A stretch of 64,000 bases of DNA from a virus (IMGVR_UViG_3300044841_000066:4395-68394), one strand, 5' to 3'. Positions 8,443-18,090 are shown, counted from the first letter of the stretch. Made by a program: numbers and translations. Notes: generated from the sequence alone by a model not told the origin.

Positions 8443-9384
8443 ATGGGCTTTTTTGACATACCAGTAGAGACAACAATCGAGCATCCCGACTGCTCGATTG
8501 TTGTGGGCAATTGCCTGGATATCCTACCCACGCTGGCCGCAAGTTCGGCGCAAAGCTGCGTCACCTCGCCACCCTATTTCGGTCTGCGCGACTACGGCGT
8601 TGATGGGCAGATCGGGCTTGAGCCATCGCCGGACGAATATGTCGCTGAGCTGGTCAAGGTGTTTCGCGGGGTCTGGCGCGTCTTGCGCGATGACGGGACA
8701 CTATGGCTCAACCTGGGTGATAGTTATTGCACCACCGCGCCTGGAAGTATAGTCGATCCTGCAAAAATGACAGGCATACATGTGCATAAGGGTGCCTATA
8801 GAAGACCTGAAACACCGCCGGGTCTAAAACCAAAAGACCTGATCGGCATTCCCTGGCGCGTCGCCTTCGCCTTGCAAGCGGACGGTTGGTATCTGCGCAG
8901 CGGCATTGTCTGGAACAAACTTAACCCCATGCCCGAAAGTGCCACAGATCGGCCAACATCATCGTATGAAATGGTCTTTCTCATGAGCAAGGCGGTGCAG
9001 TATTACTATGATGCCGCCGCAATTGCTGAGCTTTCTGTGGACGAAGGGCGCCCGAGCGGACCAAAAAGCGATCCAAGTCGCAATGACGGCAATCGTACAG
9101 GGATAATCAAAGGAAATGGCGCTACGCGTAACGCACGCAATGTCTGGACTATTTCCACATTACCATATGATGGCGCCCATTTCGCCGTCATGCCGCCGGC
9201 ACTCGCTGGACGCTGCATCAAGGCGGGCAGCAGGCCGGGCGATCTGATCCTCGATCCATTCGGCGGTGCGGCAACAACGGGATTGGCGGCGGCGCAGCTT
9301 GGTCGCAAGGCCATGCTGATCGAACTCAATCCGGCGTCGGCCAAGCTCGGGCGCGAGCGCGTCGCCAGAGAGCTGTATCGCTGA
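8443..9384 (+). CDS. Beta-class amino DNA methyltransferase (N4-C/N6-A)
   Basis: TSPPY catalytic motif, WLNLGD, HFAVMP, LDPFGG SAM-binding motif. Confidence 0.9.
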   Translation: MGFFDIPVETTIEHPDCSIVVGNCLDILPTLAASSAQSCVTSPPYFGLRDYGVDGQIGLEPSPDEYVAELVKVFRGVWRVLRDDGTLWLNLGDSYCTTAPGSIVDPAKMTGIHVHKGAYRRPETPPGLKPKDLIGIPWRVAFALQADGWYLRSGIVWNKLNPMPESATDRPTSSYEMVFLMSKAVQYYYDAAAIAELSVDEGRPSGPKSDPSRNDGNRTGIIKGNGATRNARNVWTISTLPYDGAHFAVMPPALAGRCIKAGSRPGDLILDPFGGAATTGLAAAQLGRKAMLIELNPASAKLGRERVARELYR

Positions 9385-12300
9385 TGGGCTTCTTTGCGCC
9401 GGATGTTGTCGAGAAGCCGGCTGAGCAGAAACGCCCGGTCGGTCGCGCCCCGAAAGCCGCCAAGGGCTTTGACAATAACGCAAGAGGCTGCGACAATTGC
9501 GCGCTGAAGGCGAACTGGAGTTGGGTGACAACATCGCGTATGCCACTATCCGGCAACACGCGGAACCCGGATATCCTCATACTCGGTGAGAACCCGGATG
9601 AGGAAGACGACAAGAAAGGGATAACCTTCATTGGTGCCGCCGGCAATCGGCTCCGCCGGGCCATTCCAGGGCGTGAACTGGAACGCTGCGCATTCGTCCA
9701 CATGACGCGCTGCCGTGTGCGCAATGACGCCCGCCCCTCAGCACATGATGTGCATTCCTGCTCGACCCATCTTGAGGACGACATCGCGCGCTTACCGATC
9801 AAGGCGATCATCGGGATAGGGCCGGTACCGCTGGCGCGGTTCTTCCCCGGCGCGCAGATAACCCGCATGCATGGCCTGCGTTTCCCCGTTCAGATCGGCG
9901 GCAAGATACTATGGTATTACCCGATCTTTGCGCCGTCCTATATCGAGGGAACGGGAGGCGATCGATCCGCCGCCCTCCCCCAGCTCAAGGCCGATGTAAA
10001 GCGGTTCTTCGCGGAGGTCGATCGCTGGGGTGCGCCGCGCATCTGGAAGCCTGATCCGGACGATGTCTTACTGCCCAAGACGCTTGAGGATGCGCAGGAA
10101 ATCCTCGATGCCATGCAAGGCCGACTGGGGATCGACATCGAGACAACAGGATTACGCTTTGCCGTCAAGGATGCGCAGATACTGACCGCCGCGATCAGCG
10201 ACGGCGAGATCACGATGTCTTTCGCTTGCGCGCATCCCGAGGCACCGACCGATTGGGGCCTCGATTTCCTCTTGCATGTTTTGGAGCACTATAAGTGGGT
10301 ACCGCATAATGCGGTCTTTGAACTTGTGTGGTTATTGCATGCGCGCAATCAGAAAGGTTTAACCTTCGAGCCGGCGCATTACGAGGACTCGATGGCGATC
10401 GGGCGCATCCTCCATGAGCGTGCCGGAATGCTCGGCCTGGACGATATGTCGCGGATGCATCTCGGTGCCGACTTCAAGGCAGCGGTTAAGGTCAATCGCA
10501 ACAATATCATCAACGAACCATTAGAGCGCGTCCTGCCCTATAACGGCCTGGATGCCCAAGCATGCGTGTTATTGTGCAAGCATCTACGCAAACGCCTACG
10601 CGGCAAGGATGAAAGCAACTATATCCGGCTCTTGAATTCCACGCGTTCATTTGCCGAGATGGAGCTGCGCGGTCTGGACATCGATATTCAGGCCGCCAAG
10701 GACTTGAAAGAGCATTGGGGCGGCTTGCTCAAGGAGGCATCGGAGAACGCGCGAACGATTTACGAAGTGCGCGAGTTCGAGCGCGTCAAGCAGATCGAGT
10801 TCAACATAGGCTCGAATGAGCATATCGGCGAAGCGCTCGTTGAGTTCGGCCGCCTTGTGTTGCCGAAGACCAATAAGGGACAGGGCAAAACCTGGAGCAC
10901 CGACGACCAGGAGTTGCAGAAATACGAGGATAACCCGCTCGTTAAGGCGGTGCTGGCCTATCGCGAGGCGCAGCGGATCGAGAGCACCTATATTGATCCG
11001 GTCATGGCCGCCTATGAGAACAATTTCGATCAGCGCTTGCACCCGTCTTACACATGCATGCACACCGAGACCGGGCGGCCATCCAGTGAGGCGCCGAATA
11101 TCCAGAACTTCCCTAAGCGCAAGCATCGCGAAGTCAGGTTGATGGTTGTCGCCCCGTCTGGCCACATCATTGTATCGTTTGATTACGGGCAGATCGAGGC
11201 GCGCGGTTTCTGCTTTGCAACAAAGGATCGCCAGCTCTGCGAGGATACAATTAAAGGCCAGGATATTCATTCGCGCTGGCGCGATCGTTCGCTCGAACTC
11301 CATCCTGACTATATTATCCGGTTGGCCGAGAAGACCAATGAAACCGAAGAAAAGCTGATCCTTAAAGGTGGCCGCGACATCATCAAGACAGATTTTGTAT
11401 TTGCCTCGTTCTTTGGCTCGACCGCGCGCTCTGTGGCTGAGCGGACAGGCCTACCGTTGAATGTTGCCGAGAAGATGTTGGCCGAGTTCTGGAAGCGCTA
11501 TCCCGGCGTGCTGGCCTGGGTCAAGGCCAAGCGCAAGGAATACCAGGATACCGGATCAGCACGCACCTTGACGGGCATGGTCCGGCATCAGACGCTGTGG
11601 GGGAACGAGCCGCTCAATTGTGTGGATTATGAGACAGAGGCATTAACACAGCGCGGATGGGTGAATGGTGCTGACTTAAGAGCCGGCGATGTTCTTTTAA
11701 CAATGAGCGCTGAGCGTCAAATGCTTGAGTGGCAATCCGCCACCGATGTAAAGCAATATCCAGAATACGAAGGTGTTGTGCATAGGTTGGACGGCAAGAG
11801 TTTTAGCGTAGCGACAACCCCAAATCATCGTTGGGCGTATCAGAAAGACTCTTCTACTGACTTTTCATTCTATGAGGCCACAACGGAGACATTGCCGAAA
11901 TGGGGATCGATCCCACGAATTCGCCCATACAATGCGCCGAGCAAGGCGGCGTATTCCGATGACTGGATAAGACTTGTTGGTTGGGTATTGACAGATGGTT
12001 GCTATACGAACAAGACAAGCGATGCGCCGAGCTGGGATTATAGGCGAACAAAGGCTAACGGCTATTCAGGCAGTCAAGTAGCTGTATGTCAGAAGAAGAG
12101 CGGCAATATTGCTGAGCTGGACGCGTTGTTCAAGCGTTTGCCTTTTCCGTCTAGAACAAAGCTCGCGCACAATAGAGCCGAAGATGAGGAACTATTCTGG
12201 ACTTTCAGTGGTTTGCCAGGACAATGGTTTTATGGTAATTTTCCGGATCGTGTTCTAAGGCCTGAATTCTTACTTCAGCTCCCCAAGGAACAGCTCATCA

Positions 12301-12968
12301 TTCTTTACGATACGATGATCAAGGGTGATGGCTGGATAGACAATGGTCGTGAGGCGCTTTGCGCCGGCACAGCGCGCAAGGATCAGGTCGATGCCTTTCA
12401 AATGCTGGGAGTGCTGTGTGGACGCCTGACTTCAGTCTATTACGATGATCTGACCAAATATGCGAGCGACAAGCTATATCCAAGCATGGACAATATCCCA
12501 AAAGCAACGGGCGGTTGGGTAGCTAAGCGTACGGTTCGCGAAAATGTAAGCCTCGGTTGGCTCAAGAGATCGAGCGCTGTAGAGAAACTAGGCATGTGGT
12601 GCCCTATGGTGCCCAATACTTTCTTTGTGGCTCGTCGCAAAGGTAAAGTATTCATAACCGGTAATACCCCTATCCAGGGCACGACAACCGGGCATATGGT
12701 GCTAGAGGCGCAGAACGCCTTGGCCGCGCTATCCCGTGAGAAGAATGATCCATACTTACACCCTCGGATCAATATACATGACGACCTTTCCTTCATCCTT
12801 CCTGACGACCCCGATTTGCTTGAGGCCTACATTAAGCTGATCGCTGCTGAGCTAGTCAAAATTCGTTTTGATTTCCAAATAGTACCGCTCATGGTAGAAG
12901 CAAAAGTAGGGTATACATGGGCTGAGCTGATAGAGTGCGGTGAGTTTATCGGAGATTATATAAGGTAA
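9384..12968 (+). CDS. polA: Family A DNA polymerase with N-terminal UDG-like domain, 3'-5' exonuclease and an intein
   Basis: DIETTG/HNAVFE/YNGLD exo motifs; TGRPSS..PNIQN, DYGQIEAR, N|TPIQG, IHDDL polymerase motifs; family-4-UDG-like GENP and Cys pattern at the N-terminus. Confidence 0.92.
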   Translation: MGFFAPDVVEKPAEQKRPVGRAPKAAKGFDNNARGCDNCALKANWSWVTTSRMPLSGNTRNPDILILGENPDEEDDKKGITFIGAAGNRLRRAIPGRELERCAFVHMTRCRVRNDARPSAHDVHSCSTHLEDDIARLPIKAIIGIGPVPLARFFPGAQITRMHGLRFPVQIGGKILWYYPIFAPSYIEGTGGDRSAALPQLKADVKRFFAEVDRWGAPRIWKPDPDDVLLPKTLEDAQEILDAMQGRLGIDIETTGLRFAVKDAQILTAAISDGEITMSFACAHPEAPTDWGLDFLLHVLEHYKWVPHNAVFELVWLLHARNQKGLTFEPAHYEDSMAIGRILHERAGMLGLDDMSRMHLGADFKAAVKVNRNNIINEPLERVLPYNGLDAQACVLLCKHLRKRLRGKDESNYIRLLNSTRSFAEMELRGLDIDIQAAKDLKEHWGGLLKEASENARTIYEVREFERVKQIEFNIGSNEHIGEALVEFGRLVLPKTNKGQGKTWSTDDQELQKYEDNPLVKAVLAYREAQRIESTYIDPVMAAYENNFDQRLHPSYTCMHTETGRPSSEAPNIQNFPKRKHREVRLMVVAPSGHIIVSFDYGQIEARGFCFATKDRQLCEDTIKGQDIHSRWRDRSLELHPDYIIRLAEKTNETEEKLILKGGRDIIKTDFVFASFFGSTARSVAERTGLPLNVAEKMLAEFWKRYPGVLAWVKAKRKEYQDTGSARTLTGMVRHQTLWGNEPLNCVDYETEALTQRGWVNGADLRAGDVLLTMSAERQMLEWQSATDVKQYPEYEGVVHRLDGKSFSVATTPNHRWAYQKDSSTDFSFYEATTETLPKWGSIPRIRPYNAPSKAAYSDDWIRLVGWVLTDGCYTNKTSDAPSWDYRRTKANGYSGSQVAVCQKKSGNIAELDALFKRLPFPSRTKLAHNRAEDEELFWTFSGLPGQWFYGNFPDRVLRPEFLLQLPKEQLIILYDTMIKGDGWIDNGREALCAGTARKDQVDAFQMLGVLCGRLTSVYYDDLTKYASDKLYPSMDNIPKATGGWVAKRTVRENVSLGWLKRSSAVEKLGMWCPMVPNTFFVARRKGKVFITGNTPIQGTTTGHMVLEAQNALAALSREKNDPYLHPRINIHDDLSFILPDDPDLLEAYIKLIAAELVKIRFDFQIVPLMVEAKVGYTWAELIECGEFIGDYIR
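11619..12665 (+). mobile_element. Intein (349 aa) with LAGLIDADG-type homing endonuclease in PolA
   Basis: Starts CVDYETEALTQRGW, ends FVARRKGKVFITGN followed by Thr; splits the N-TPIQG motif; GWVLTDG and MIKGDG motifs; lower GC. Confidence 0.9.
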
Positions 12969-12973
12969 AATCT

Positions 12974-13483
12974 ATGCCAATAGGAATTCCACTACAGTTA
13001 GTGGGACAACGCTTTTCCAGGCTTTTAGTTGAAGAAAAGGCGCTTAGTAGAGGCAAAAAGGGAAGCTTAATGGCTTACTGGCGATGTCGCTGCGATTGTG
13101 GCAATGTCTCTGAGTTCCAAGGCGATGTTCTTATTAGGGGCGTTGTGCATTCTTGTGGTTGTTATAAGCGTGAACGAGCCAAAGAAGTGCACACAAAGCA
13201 TGGTATGTCGGGGACTCCAATCTATGCGGCATGGCATGAAATGCTAGAGCGTTGTAAAAATCCCAAACATGAGTCCTACGCTAATTATGGCGGGCGAGGT
13301 ATAAAGGTCTGCGAACGTTGGCATAAGTTCACAAACTTTTTCTTGGATATGGGAAATAGGCCTGAAGGTATGTGGATAGAGAGAAAAAATAACGACTTGG
13401 GCTACTCTCCTGACAATTGCATATGGGCCACTCCTACACAAAATCTAAACAATCGTAGACCAAGAAAAAGGAAGTCACAGTAA
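12974..13483 (+). CDS. Free-standing HNH-type homing endonuclease-like protein
   Basis: CRCDCG, SCGC, YGGRGIKVCERW, IERKNNDLGYSPDNCIWAT; AT-rich. Confidence 0.8.
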   Translation: MPIGIPLQLVGQRFSRLLVEEKALSRGKKGSLMAYWRCRCDCGNVSEFQGDVLIRGVVHSCGCYKRERAKEVHTKHGMSGTPIYAAWHEMLERCKNPKHESYANYGGRGIKVCERWHKFTNFFLDMGNRPEGMWIERKNNDLGYSPDNCIWATPTQNLNNRRPRKRKSQ

Positions 13484-13668
13484 TGCCGGCCAAGGGCAAA
13501 GAGATCGTCGATATCGAAGTCGTTGTTGAAGCGGAGACCGACAAGGCATGGTTGGTCGTCAGCGCCAATACCGGGCGTAAATCCTGGGTGCCGAAATCGC
13601 AAGGCGAGCTGGACGGCACAGAGCTGACCTTGCCGCGCTGGATGGCCGAAGACAAGGAGTTGATCTGA
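13483..13668 (+). CDS. Small conserved phage protein
   Basis: ETDKAWLV...WVPKSQ...LPRW pattern; translational coupling. Confidence 0.7.
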   Translation: MPAKGKEIVDIEVVVEAETDKAWLVVSANTGRKSWVPKSQGELDGTELTLPRWMAEDKELI

Positions 13669-13847
13669 TGGCGGACACAGATGACGGGTTGCCTTGGGGT
13701 TGGATCGATAGTCAGGGCGACTGGCGCGTTCTACCGAAAGGGCCGATGGTCGGCGCCGGGCTTGGTCCGCCGCCATTCGATGTCACGCTGTCGAATGGCG
13801 AGGTGCGCCGCGTGATCCACCAACCGAAGGCTCCGCCCCATGGATAA
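13668..13847 (+). CDS. Small hypothetical protein (59 aa, MADTDDGLPWGW...)
   Basis: Read by eye; AGGAG RBS; start overlaps the upstream stop. Confidence 0.55.
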   Translation: MADTDDGLPWGWIDSQGDWRVLPKGPMVGAGLGPPPFDVTLSNGEVRRVIHQPKAPPHG

Positions 13848-14781
13848 TTCCGCCCCGCTCATCACAAAATACAGGCCGGAAAATTGGGACGAATTCGTTG
13901 GCAATGAAGAGGCTATCCACGCGCTCAAGCGCGTCCTGGCGACCGCCTCCGCCCGTCCGCATGCCTATTTGTTTACAGGACCCAGCGGGATCGGCAAGAC
14001 AACGGCGGCGCGTATTGTCGCCAAGCATTTCCAGGCCGATGTCCAGGAGATCGATGCCGCCTCGAATAGTGGCGTCGATGCCATGCGTTCCCTTGTCGAG
14101 TTCTCACAATACATGGGGATGGGTGGAACCGGCGAACGCCTGCTGATCATCGACGAGGCGCATGCTTTGTCTAAGCCGGCATGGCAGGCCATCCTCAAGC
14201 TACTTGAAGAGCCACCTGTCCACCTCTATCTGGCGCTATGCACAACCGAACTCGTCAAGGTGCCGGAAACGATCCAGACGCGGTGCTACCATACCGTTCT
14301 GCGGCCGATCAAGGCGCCGGAAATGGAGGACCTCCTCGAAGCCATCTGCGGCGCTGAGGGTTGGGTCGTCAACAAGGATGTCTTCGCGCTCGCCATCCAG
14401 GCGGCCACAGGTCAGCCGCGCAAGGCGCTTTCGATCCTACAGAGTATCCATGACGCGCCATCGCGGGATGAGGCCAAGCGCATCATCTCACTGCAAGAGG
14501 CATCGGACCCGATGATTGAGCTGTTACAGCATCTGATCAGCGGCAAACGCTCATGGACGATCGTCAGCGGATGCCTGCGCAAGATCGAGGCCGACTCGTT
14601 CGAGGAGGCGTCGATCATCGCCGGACGGTATATTGCTGGCGCGCTGCTCAATTGCGACGACGAGAAACGGGCGTCGCGCATCTGGCAATTGTTAGAGGCG
14701 CTATTCTTTCCGGCCGAGACCTGGGACAAACGCACAGCTTTTACCGCGGCTATCGGCCGCATGATCTGGGGTGGACAATGA
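13840..14781 (+). CDS. Clamp loader AAA+ subunit (DnaX/RFC-like)
   Basis: KYRP, GPSGIGKTT, EIDAAS, IIDEAH, LKLLEEPP, TIQTRC. Confidence 0.9.
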   Translation: MDNSAPLITKYRPENWDEFVGNEEAIHALKRVLATASARPHAYLFTGPSGIGKTTAARIVAKHFQADVQEIDAASNSGVDAMRSLVEFSQYMGMGGTGERLLIIDEAHALSKPAWQAILKLLEEPPVHLYLALCTTELVKVPETIQTRCYHTVLRPIKAPEMEDLLEAICGAEGWVVNKDVFALAIQAATGQPRKALSILQSIHDAPSRDEAKRIISLQEASDPMIELLQHLISGKRSWTIVSGCLRKIEADSFEEASIIAGRYIAGALLNCDDEKRASRIWQLLEALFFPAETWDKRTAFTAAIGRMIWGGQ

Positions 14782-15248
14782 TATTCAACGAGCCTTTGTA
14801 CCTACAACTTCGGGCGCGACTGCAAACCGATATGCTTCGGCTATCGGAGGAGCTGATCGAACAGCCGCCGCTCATGCAATCCGCGATCGAGGCGGCGTCA
14901 GACTGCATCCAGATCAGGGATGCGTGCAAGAACACGCTAACCTATGCGACCGCGTCAGCCACGGCGCGTCTGAGCCTTGTGACTGACGAGAACGGCAAGT
15001 TCCCGTCTGTCGATAAGCTGAAGAACATCGTCCAGCTCGACGCCGAGGTGATCGCGGCGACCGAAGAGCTTGAGGAGGCCAAGCATAGCGCCGCCTATTG
15101 GCAAGGACTCGTTGACTCTTTTGGTGAGAAGGGATCATCATTACGCCGGGTCGCTGAGCTGACGACTTCGGGATATCTTACCCCTAATGCCGCCTATACT
15201 GAGCGGCGCGAAGAAATGAGCCGCGCGCGCTTCAAGCCGCGAGGTTAG
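14778..15248 (+). CDS. UvsY-like helical recombination mediator (putative)
   Basis: About 156-aa coiled coil in the usual position before SSB and RecA. Confidence 0.45.
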   Translation: MIFNEPLYLQLRARLQTDMLRLSEELIEQPPLMQSAIEAASDCIQIRDACKNTLTYATASATARLSLVTDENGKFPSVDKLKNIVQLDAEVIAATEELEEAKHSAAYWQGLVDSFGEKGSSLRRVAELTTSGYLTPNAAYTERREEMSRARFKPRG

Positions 15249-15262
15249 GGGATTACTCTCAA

Positions 15263-15463
15263 ATGGGCAGGTGGCTTATGTATCAGGCAATTGCGCCAAT
15301 AGTGAACTTTATTGGGCAGGGGACACTTTACATCCTCCTGGCATTTGCCGTGCTCATTGCCCTGTACACAGGCGCGCGTGTTGTTTCCATGGCTGTGTAT
15401 AACAGCAAGCGCGTATATGATAAGCAGCGACACACCAAAGGAGAAAAAGTAGATGGCCTTTAA
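15263..15463 (+). CDS. Small membrane protein
   Basis: One hydrophobic segment and a basic C-terminus. Confidence 0.55.
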   Translation: MGRWLMYQAIAPIVNFIGQGTLYILLAFAVLIALYTGARVVSMAVYNSKRVYDKQRHTKGEKVDGL

Positions 15464-16565
15464 GTATCAGCGGCGGGATACAGCCGACTGGGAAAAGCGC
15501 GCCTCGCAGCAGGGCGGCGATTACCAGGGCTTCATCAAGGATGACTACAAGACATTCACCCCGGCCAAGGGCGACAATTTCCTGCGCATCCTCCCACCGA
15601 CCTGGGAAAATGCCGCCCATTATGGCCTCGACATCTACGTCCACTACGGTGTGGGTCCCGAGCGCGCAACCGTACTCTGCCTGAGCAAGATGAAGCAGCA
15701 GCGCTGTCCGATCTGCGAGGCCGCGCTGAAGGCGCAGAAGGCCGGCGACGACGAACTCCACGATGAGCTGAAGGCCGGTAAACGGGTTCTCGTGTGGATG
15801 TTCGACCGCAAGGAAGAAGCCAAGGGGCCAATGCTGTGGTCGATGCCCTGGACGCTCGATCGGGACTTCTGCAAGTTGGCGCGCGATCCACGATCTGGTG
15901 AGGTCTACACGCTGGATGATCCGGATGACGGTTACGACATCTCGTTCGAGAAGACCGGCGAAAAGCAGCAGACCAAATATGTCGGTAATCAGCTTGCCCG
16001 CCGCCCGTCCTCGGTGCCGCAGGATTTCGTCGACTATGTCGTTGAATTCCCCATACCGGAAACGCTGATCTGGCGTGACGCCGCCGAGCTGCAAAAGCTC
16101 TACGAGGGTAGCGCCGCCTATTCGGCGGATGATGCCGGGCCAAGCGCGCGTGAACGGGAGCCAGCGCCGCGTGAACGGGAACGGGCACGCGATCCCGAGC
16201 CGGAGCGCGAGCGCCGTCCTGATGCGCGTGACGCCCGCGATGAGGCGCCCAAGGAGCGGGAGCGCTTCCGTCCCCGCGGTTCGGATCGCGATCCGCCGCC
16301 CGAAACCCGTCGGGATGATCCGCCGCGCGAGCCGGCCGGCGCCAAGCATGGCATCGACGATGACATCCCCTGGACGCGCGACCGGGACGAGGCGGCGGGA
16401 CACACCAATGGACGCGATCCGGCACCGCGCGAACGGGAACGGGCACGCGATCCCGAGCCGGAAGCCCGTCGGGAACCGGAACCCCGGCGCGATGATCCGC
16501 CGCCGGCCAGCCCGAGCGGCAAGAGCCGGGCGCAAGAGCTGCGCGAGCGTTTCGGGCGGAGATAA
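15453..16565 (+). CDS. gp32-like single-stranded DNA-binding protein with long charged tail
   Basis: GDNFLRILPP, VHY, C...CPIC Zn site, DPDDGYDI, KTG...TKY; R/E/D/P low-complexity tail. Confidence 0.75.
   Translation: MAFKYQRRDTADWEKRASQQGGDYQGFIKDDYKTFTPAKGDNFLRILPPTWENAAHYGLDIYVHYGVGPERATVLCLSKMKQQRCPICEAALKAQKAGDDELHDELKAGKRVLVWMFDRKEEAKGPMLWSMPWTLDRDFCKLARDPRSGEVYTLDDPDDGYDISFEKTGEKQQTKYVGNQLARRPSSVPQDFVDYVVEFPIPETLIWRDAAELQKLYEGSAAYSADDAGPSAREREPAPRERERARDPEPERERRPDARDARDEAPKERERFRPRGSDRDPPPETRRDDPPREPAGAKHGIDDDIPWTRDRDEAAGHTNGRDPAPRERERARDPEPEARREPEPRRDDPPPASPSGKSRAQELRERFGRR
16161..16463 (+). repeat. Duplicated 45-bp unit encoding PAPRERERARDPEPE in the SSB tail
   Basis: Copies at 16161-16205 and 16419-16463. 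Confidence 0.85.
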
Positions 16566-16573
16566 ACCCAACA

Positions 16574-17065
16574 ATGACCAACAAAGAAACGCCGGTTCTT
16601 GGCCGGCGGGTGGAAATGCCCACCAATCCGCATTCGTTTTTCATCGATACCGTTCTCGCTCCGTTGCCTCCATTACCTGATCCAGGTAGCGGTGTTACAT
16701 TCGTTCGTCGGGCGTCGATGATGGCGCGCTTTTCCTGTCCCGAATTCACCTCTCTCTGTCCTGTAACGGGTCAGCCGGATTACGCCCACATCATCATCGA
16801 CTATGTGCCGAAAGCCCTGCTGATCGAGAGTAAATCGCTGAAACTGTTCCTGACCTCGTTCCGCAATCATGGGGCCTATCACGAGGCGTGCACCTGCCTG
16901 ATCGGGGATCGCCTATGGCAAGCGGCCGAACCCGCCTGGATGCGCGTCAACGCCTACTGGTTCCCGCGTGGCGGCATCCCGATCGATGTGTTCTGGGAAT
17001 GCGGTGAGCGTCCGGAACGCCTTGTCGTGCCGCCGATCGACATCCCCAGCTACCGCGCCCGCTAA
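16574..17065 (+). CDS. queF: NADPH-dependent preQ0 reductase (type I), makes preQ1
   Basis: PEFTSLCPVTGQPD, ESKSLKLF QueF motif, YHE, PRGGI. Confidence 0.93.
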   Translation: MTNKETPVLGRRVEMPTNPHSFFIDTVLAPLPPLPDPGSGVTFVRRASMMARFSCPEFTSLCPVTGQPDYAHIIIDYVPKALLIESKSLKLFLTSFRNHGAYHEACTCLIGDRLWQAAEPAWMRVNAYWFPRGGIPIDVFWECGERPERLVVPPIDIPSYRAR

Positions 17066-17076
17066 GGATCAAGCCA

Positions 17077-18090
17077 ATGCCGAGAGTCCAGTTTAAGGCG
17101 CCGGAGCCGCCGCCCGCGCCACCCGAGCGTTCGGTGAAGTTTGTCAGCTCGGGTTCGACCTTGCTGGACCTCGTGCTCGGTGGCGGATGGGCGCAGGGGC
17201 GGGTTTGCAACATTGTAGGTGATAAATCCGCCGGCAAGACACTCCTGGCAATTGAGGCGATGATTAACTTCGCGCTCTTGCTCAAGGCGATGAATGTTAG
17301 TCTCGATCATATCCACTACGAGGAAGCGGAGTCGGCCTTTGATGAAGATTATGCCACGCTGCTCGGCATGCCTCACGGTATTAGCCGCGGTTCAGATGTC
17401 AGAACGGTGGAGGATTTCGAGCGCGAGCTTGTTAAGTTCCTTGGACGATTATCTGGTCGCGCACCATCCCTCTACATTCTGGACTCGCTGGATGCGCTTT
17501 CAGATGAGGCAGAAATGGGTCGCGATATCGGCGATGCCTCTTACGGCGGCGCAAAAGCGAAAAAACTTAGCGAGCTATTCCGTAAACGCGTCAGCGAACT
17601 ACAGGCCAAGAATTGCACGCTCATGGTCATATCACAAATCCGTGACAATATTGGCGTCACATTCGGCGAAACAAAGAAGAGATCGGGCGGTAAGGCGCTG
17701 GACTTCTACGCATCTCAGGTAATGTGGTTGGCTGAGGTCGGCAAGCTCAAACGAACAGTATCCGGGGTCGAGCGGGTAACAGGCGTTAAGGTCCAGGCGC
17801 GAACCAAGAAGATGAAAGTTGGGCCACCGTTCCGTGAGGCCGAAGTCTCGATCCTATTCAACTACGGGGTCGACGACGAAGAGTCCATGATTAACTGGTT
17901 GGCCAAATATAAGGCCCTGGCCGGCGAGAGCACCGATAAAGAAATCAGGGCCAGTATTGCCAAGGCACGCAAGGAACGAGACCGCCCCGAGCTGACGGCC
18001 ATATCCGATATGCTGCGCGAGATGACGCGCGACAAATGGCAGGCGGTCGAGGCCGCGCTGATGCCGCCGATGTCGAAGTATGGGAGCTAA
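17077..18090 (+). CDS. recA: RecA/UvsX-like recombinase
   Basis: SSGSTLLDLVLGGG, GDKSAGKT, LDSL, ISQIRD, GGKALDFYAS. Confidence 0.92.
   Translation: MPRVQFKAPEPPPAPPERSVKFVSSGSTLLDLVLGGGWAQGRVCNIVGDKSAGKTLLAIEAMINFALLLKAMNVSLDHIHYEEAESAFDEDYATLLGMPHGISRGSDVRTVEDFERELVKFLGRLSGRAPSLYILDSLDALSDEAEMGRDIGDASYGGAKAKKLSELFRKRVSELQAKNCTLMVISQIRDNIGVTFGETKKRSGGKALDFYASQVMWLAEVGKLKRTVSGVERVTGVKVQARTKKMKVGPPFREAEVSILFNYGVDDEESMINWLAKYKALAGESTDKEIRASIAKARKERDRPELTAISDMLREMTRDKWQAVEAALMPPMSKYGS

Noticed and set aside
15354-16749. Long - strand ORFs opposite SSB (likewise 4358-5290, 7276-8154, and + strand ORFs over the head genes)
   Set aside because: Shadow frames of GC-rich, codon-biased genes, with no motifs or RBS
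16574-17065. QueF-like amidinotransferase making archaeosine (dG+)
   Set aside because: The NADPH-binding ESKSLK motif is present, indicating a true reductase; no ArcS or Gat-QueC seen
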